From an uncultured Spirochaetales bacterium (GTDB lineage: Bacteria > Spirochaetota > Spirochaetia > Sphaerochaetales > Sphaerochaetaceae): a stretch of DNA of 64,000 nucleotides. The notes under the pieces are model-generated. The model was given only the letters and a program-made list of their open reading frames with translations, was not told where the DNA came from and made no database searches. Shown here piece by piece: positions 59,977 through 64,000 of this stretch; positions within the stretch are counted from its first letter, which is position 1; each line of letters starts with the position of its first letter. The stretch covers positions 4,646-68,645 of the forward strand of contig CASDPA010000009.1 in NCBI GenBank assembly GCA_949282255.1. The letters run 5' to 3'. The position numbers were made by a program, and so were the translations under genes.

Positions 59977-61067
59977 TGGCTTGCGAATCCAAAATTCCTT
60001 TGCTCAGACTTGCAAAAAGGACGGACATGAGTCCACAAAAAGCATGGATGATACGTGTCGGTTCCATATTTTTTGCACTATTGCTCGGATTTATTCCAAT
60101 GCTACTTACAGGGGTGAATCCGTTTTCCGCCTATTCTGTGATTATTCAGGGATCACTTTCCCGGCCTATTTATATAAAACAGACAGTGAAGATTGCAGTC
60201 CCCCTTCTTGGCTGTGCGCTTGCTATAGCACCTTGTTTTAAGATGAGATTCTGGAACATAGGCGCTGAGGGACAGATAACGATGGGGGCTGTGTTTGCAA
60301 CTTATTTTGCACTTTTCTGGGCTGACAGGATTCCTCATGTACCACTTTTGATGATCATGTTTATCGTGGCAGCTGTTGCCGGAGGGCTCTGGGCATTGAT
60401 TCCTGCTTTTTTCAAGGCGAAATGGAACACCAACGAGACCCTTTTTACGCTGATGATGAACTATATAGCCATTGGTATAGTCGCCTGGCTGCAGGGAGGC
60501 CCATGGGAAGGAAGAAAAGGATCCCAGCTTATTCCGATGTTCAGCAACAATGCCAGGCTCCCGTCCGTATTCGGCGTGCATTGCGGGTGGATAATCGTTT
60601 TGATCCTTGTAGTCTTCATGTATGTGTATATGAATAAAACTAAGCAAGGATATGAAATTGCAGTAATTGGCGATTCTGTCAATACGGCCCGTTATGCAGG
60701 AATGAATGTAGGTAACATCATAATGCGTACCATGTTCATTTCAGGCGCGATAAGCGGTATCGTTGGTTTCATCACTGTTGCGGGAGCAAACTATACCTTG
60801 TACAGCGGTGTTGCAAACGGAGTGGGCTTTACATCCATAACAGTGGCATGGCTTTCCCAGTTGAATTCTTTTGCCATGATAGCAATATCAATGATACTCG
60901 CAATTTTGGAAAAGGGAGCAAATACGCTTCAGACGAAATTGCAGGTGCCGACATCGATTGCGGATATCATCACAGGAATACTGCTCTTTTGTATGCTCAG
61001 CAGCGAATTCTTCATCAATTACCGCCTGATATTGCGGCATAAGGACAAAAAGGAGGACCGCGTATGA
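59973..61067 (+). CDS. ABC permease (BMP-family system, YufP/RnsC-like)
   Basis: 364-aa polytopic ORF. Overlaps the ATPase stop. Confidence 0.88.
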   Translation: MMACESKIPLLRLAKRTDMSPQKAWMIRVGSIFFALLLGFIPMLLTGVNPFSAYSVIIQGSLSRPIYIKQTVKIAVPLLGCALAIAPCFKMRFWNIGAEGQITMGAVFATYFALFWADRIPHVPLLMIMFIVAAVAGGLWALIPAFFKAKWNTNETLFTLMMNYIAIGIVAWLQGGPWEGRKGSQLIPMFSNNARLPSVFGVHCGWIIVLILVVFMYVYMNKTKQGYEIAVIGDSVNTARYAGMNVGNIIMRTMFISGAISGIVGFITVAGANYTLYSGVANGVGFTSITVAWLSQLNSFAMIAISMILAILEKGANTLQTKLQVPTSIADIITGILLFCMLSSEFFINYRLILRHKDKKEDRV

Positions 61068-62047
61068 CTACTTTGATTGCATTGATAGTGGCTGCAGTCA
61101 CTTTTGGCACGGTTCTTATGTATGGTACGCTGGGTGAGATACTCACAGAAAAATCTGGAAATCTCAATCTTGGAGTCGAAGGGATCATGTATATGGGAGG
61201 TGCGTTCGGTCTTGCCGGTGCCTTTTATTATGAAAAGGCGGTCGGCGCCGCAGCAAATGGTCCTGTTGCGATAATCATCGCTCTATTATGCGCATTCCTT
61301 GCCGGAATGGTGGCATCACTCATTTATAGTTTTCTTACGATAACCTTGAGGGCGAACCAGAATGTGACAGGGCTTGCCCTTGCAATATTCGGAACCGGTA
61401 TCGGACAATTTGTCGGTGAGTACATGAGGGTCAGCGAAAAGGGATATGTGGCGCTCAGCAACAATTTGAAAAACGCATTCTCAGCAACAATATTTCCTGA
61501 TTTTCTTGTGAACATTCCTGTAGTTGGGCGTATTTTCTTCTCCCATACCGTCTTTTTCTATATGGCAATAGTGATTGCGGTTGCAATGCACCTGTTTTTG
61601 AAACGGACAAGGTATGGTCTCTATCTCACTGCTGTCGGAGAATCTCCGTCGACTTCGGATGCGGCTGGAATAAACATCACCAAATATAAGTATCTTGCAA
61701 CGACGATCGGAGGAGGCATTTCTGCTATTGGTGGTATGGTTTATATCATGACCACCGCCGGATGTGTTTGGAATCATGAAGGGCTTTCCGGCGTTGGCTG
61801 GCTTGCTGTTGCGCTTGTCATTTTCTGTATCTGGAGACCTTTGAATGCAATTTGGGGCTCGATAGTATTCGGTGCGATGATGATAATGTACCTTCGTCTG
61901 TCCCTTCCGTTTATTCCGACGGAGATTTACAAAATTCTGCCATACATTGTTACTGTGATCGTTCTGATCATAACAAGCATCAGAAACAGCAGGGACAAGC
62001 AACCGCCTGCTTCTCTTGGTATCAATTACTTCAGGGAGGAGCGATGA
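61064..62047 (+). CDS. ABC permease (BMP-family system, YufQ/RnsD-like)
   Basis: 327-aa polytopic ORF. ATGA overlap with the upstream permease. Confidence 0.88.
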   Translation: MTTLIALIVAAVTFGTVLMYGTLGEILTEKSGNLNLGVEGIMYMGGAFGLAGAFYYEKAVGAAANGPVAIIIALLCAFLAGMVASLIYSFLTITLRANQNVTGLALAIFGTGIGQFVGEYMRVSEKGYVALSNNLKNAFSATIFPDFLVNIPVVGRIFFSHTVFFYMAIVIAVAMHLFLKRTRYGLYLTAVGESPSTSDAAGINITKYKYLATTIGGGISAIGGMVYIMTTAGCVWNHEGLSGVGWLAVALVIFCIWRPLNAIWGSIVFGAMMIMYLRLSLPFIPTEIYKILPYIVTVIVLIITSIRNSRDKQPPASLGINYFREER

Positions 62048-62054
62048 TGAATAG

Positions 62055-62080
62055 GGGACCATTTGGTCCCTTTTCTTTTT
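62055..62080 (+). terminator. Rho-independent terminator
   Basis: GGGACC-ATTT-GGTCCC followed by TTTTCTTTTT. Confidence 0.75.
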
Positions 62081-62238
62081 GAAATAATACTCAATATATT
62101 TCAAGAGCGGCTTTTTGAGGAAAATATTGAATTCTTGTTCTATCAATTGAAAAAGCGGAAAAAAATACTCGTACGATTATTTTTGATATGATAAAATTCA
62201 ATTAAGGCCGGCGTTGCCGGTCATGAAAGGAGAAACAT

Positions 62239-63465
62239 ATGAATAAAACTCTTTCTGTGCTGATCGTACTATTATTCGTATCAGCTATCGCCTTTGCCGG
62301 TGGAAGTACAGAACAAGCCGCACCAGCCGCTGCTGATACAAATACTGTCAAGGTTGGTCTGCTCTGCATTGGTGATGAAAATGATCAAGGCTACACTTAC
62401 AATTTCATCAGAGGAAGGGATGAGGCTACCGAGCTTCTTGCAGCAGATGGTATCACTGTGGATTGGGTCACAAAATTCAATGTCAGGGAAGATTCCTCCT
62501 GTGTAGATGCCAATATCGAAGCGGCCGAGGAAGGGTGCCAGATCATCATCAATAACAGCTATGGTTTTGAGCCTTACATGCTCGAAGTTGTGGACAGCTA
62601 TCCAGATATCGAATTCATCAGCTGTACAAACTGTGCATCCGCTCTTGATGACAGGGCAAACACCCATAACGCTTTTGCTGATATCTACGAAGGCAGATAC
62701 GTAGCTGGTGTGGTTGCAGGAATGAAGATGCAGCAGATGATCGATGAAGGTAAGATCACTCCTGAACAGGCTGTTATCGGTTATGTTGGCGCATACTCGT
62801 TTGCTGAGGTTATTTCTGGATTCACATCCTATTATCTCGGTGCAAAATCTGTATGTCCGTCCGTGACAATGCTTGTTTCATTCGTAGGCTCATGGTCTGA
62901 TGCAACAGCTGAATCCGATGCAGCTCTCGCTCTTGCCGACAGGGGCTGTGTGATGATCAGCCAGCATTCTGATAACACGACTCCGGCTACAGCAGCACAG
63001 AGCAAGGGTGTTTTCCATACAGGATATAACAATGATATGAGCGGTATCGCTCCGAACGCATCCCTCATTTCCACAAGAATAGACTGGGGAATCTACTTCT
63101 ACGAAGCAATCAAGGCGTATGTCGAAGGAAAAGAAATTCCTCAGGATTGGTGCAAAGGAATGGCCGATGGTGCTGTAGTGATGACTGCTCTTAACGAAGC
63201 TATTGCTGCTCCTGGAACAAAGGAAAAGATGGAAGAGACCATCGCGGCCATTTCTGCTGGTGAGATTGAGGTTTTCGATACAAGCACATTCACTGTTGGA
63301 GGCGAACCTCTTACCCACGCATTTGCTCTTGACCTTGATGGTGATTTCACTGCAGAGACTGAAGAAGCTGTTTATGATGGTGCGTTCCATGAATCGGAAT
63401 TCCAATCCGCTCCATATTTCACTGCACAAATTGACGGAATCACATGGCTTAATGCCGCTTATTGA
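62239..63465 (+). CDS. BMP-family (PnrA/TmpC-like) ABC substrate-binding protein
   Basis: 408 aa with RBS AAAGGAGA and a signal peptide ending AIAFAGGSTEQ (no Cys). BMP-like blocks: VGLLCIGDENDQGYTY, GYVGAY and ISQHSD. Confidence 0.9.
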   Translation: MNKTLSVLIVLLFVSAIAFAGGSTEQAAPAAADTNTVKVGLLCIGDENDQGYTYNFIRGRDEATELLAADGITVDWVTKFNVREDSSCVDANIEAAEEGCQIIINNSYGFEPYMLEVVDSYPDIEFISCTNCASALDDRANTHNAFADIYEGRYVAGVVAGMKMQQMIDEGKITPEQAVIGYVGAYSFAEVISGFTSYYLGAKSVCPSVTMLVSFVGSWSDATAESDAALALADRGCVMISQHSDNTTPATAAQSKGVFHTGYNNDMSGIAPNASLISTRIDWGIYFYEAIKAYVEGKEIPQDWCKGMADGAVVMTALNEAIAAPGTKEKMEETIAAISAGEIEVFDTSTFTVGGEPLTHAFALDLDGDFTAETEEAVYDGAFHESEFQSAPYFTAQIDGITWLNAAY

Positions 63466-63491
63466 TCCTTACGTTTAACGATGGATTGGAA

Positions 63492-63524
63492 CCCTTCCTC
63501 AACTGAGGGAGGGTGTTTTTTTTT
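63492..63524 (+). terminator. Rho-independent terminator
   Basis: 9-bp stem CCCTTCCTC / GAGGGAGGG (one G-U pair) with a 4-nt loop, followed by T9. Confidence 0.8.
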
Positions 63525-63657
63525 AGAGCCTTCTGAAATATATGAACGGTTTGGGATTAAAAAAATTAATTTTTCAAGGAATATATATTGTATAAATATA
63601 CGCTTTAATGTATATATCTTTATTATTACAAGAAGAATGCTTTTTGGGAGGTGTAAT

Positions 63658-64000
63658 ATGAAAACAAAAAGACTTTTTGTTTTTGCTTTGGTTGCTCTTA
63701 TAGCCGTCGCCGGGGTATTTGCAGGCGGGGCATCTGAATCCGCTTCCGATACCTATAAGGTCGGTTTTATCGGACCTCTGACCGGAGATAATGCAAACTA
63801 TGGAATCAGATGTTCAAATGCTGCCAAGCTCGCAGTTTCTGAAATCAATGCAGCTGGTGGAATCAATGGCAAGATGGTTGAACTCATCAGCGAGGATAGC
63901 GAGGGAACGGTTGACAAGGCTCTTGCTGGATATGAAAAGCTTGCTTATATGGATAATGTATGCGCAATCATCGGCCCTGTGTTCACTTCTCCTGCTCTTG
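63658..64000 (+). CDS. branched-chain amino acid (LivJ-like) ABC substrate-binding protein, N-terminal part (3' end outside window)
   Basis: ATG 63658 follows GGGAGG. It reads MKTKRLFVFALVALIAVAGVFAGGASESASDTYKVGFIGPLTGDNANYG...INAAGGINGK, a typical PBP1 Leu/Ile/Val-binding N-terminus. The frame is open to the window end. Confidence 0.8.
   Translation, partial: MKTKRLFVFALVALIAVAGVFAGGASESASDTYKVGFIGPLTGDNANYGIRCSNAAKLAVSEINAAGGINGKMVELISEDSEGTVDKALAGYEKLAYMDNVCAIIGPVFTSPAL

Overview
Gene-dense 64-kb chromosomal window with about 58 protein-coding genes, 1 tRNA and 1 insertion sequence. I found no rRNA, CRISPR array, prophage or recognisable defence genes. All functional calls come from motifs I read in the supplied translations; no homology search was run. 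The gene content fits an anaerobic, saccharolytic bacterium. A BMP/TmpC-type nucleoside ABC system, a FeoA-FeoB fusion and many binding proteins whose signal peptides end in FAGG suggest Spirochaetota, but that is inference only.

Layout:
- 0-3.3 kb: LysR fragment, metallophosphoesterase, NSS transporter, orphan amino-acid binding protein.
- 3.4-5.7 kb: complete AmmeMemoRadiSam triad, then a DMT exporter.
- 6.7-9.3 kb: a single 854-aa CoADR-like / rhodanese / siroheme sulfite-reductase-like fusion.
- 9.4-12.0 kb: FecBCD/BtuFCD-type ABC importer.
- 12.3-17.4 kb: hypothetical, CNNM/CorC, AlkA-like glycosylase, FeoAB, tRNA-Arg(CCG).
- 17.4-24.0 kb: visibly GC-richer sugar locus with a GntR-PBP regulator, a CUT1 ABC importer and two tandem DUF2961/GH172 genes. 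The first GH172 gene carries a 1-nt frameshift.
- 24.1-31.7 kb: seven translationally coupled genes, lacI / PFK-like / NagB-like / NagA-like / class II aldolase / TIM-like / LarA-like.
- 31.9-36.7 kb: NitT/TauT-type ABC importer plus a polytopic histidine kinase and a LuxR-type response regulator.
- 36.8-46.1 kb: domain-permuted GH3, GltD-like oxidoreductase and assorted enzymes.
- 46.5-56.2 kb: sugar ABC / membrane AraC / Cys-type sulfatase locus. Its first permease gene is split by an intact IS21-family element with a 5-bp target duplication.
- 56.2-64.0 kb: ferredoxin-like protein, Crp/Fnr, methyltransferase, BMP-type ABC system, start of a LivJ-like binding protein.

The best candidates for new biology are the LarA-containing amino-sugar/ketose-bisphosphate operon and the tri-modular sulfur oxidoreductase fusion. 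Next come the tRNA-adjacent GH172 locus and the AmmeMemoRadiSam system, which is named but functionally unsolved.
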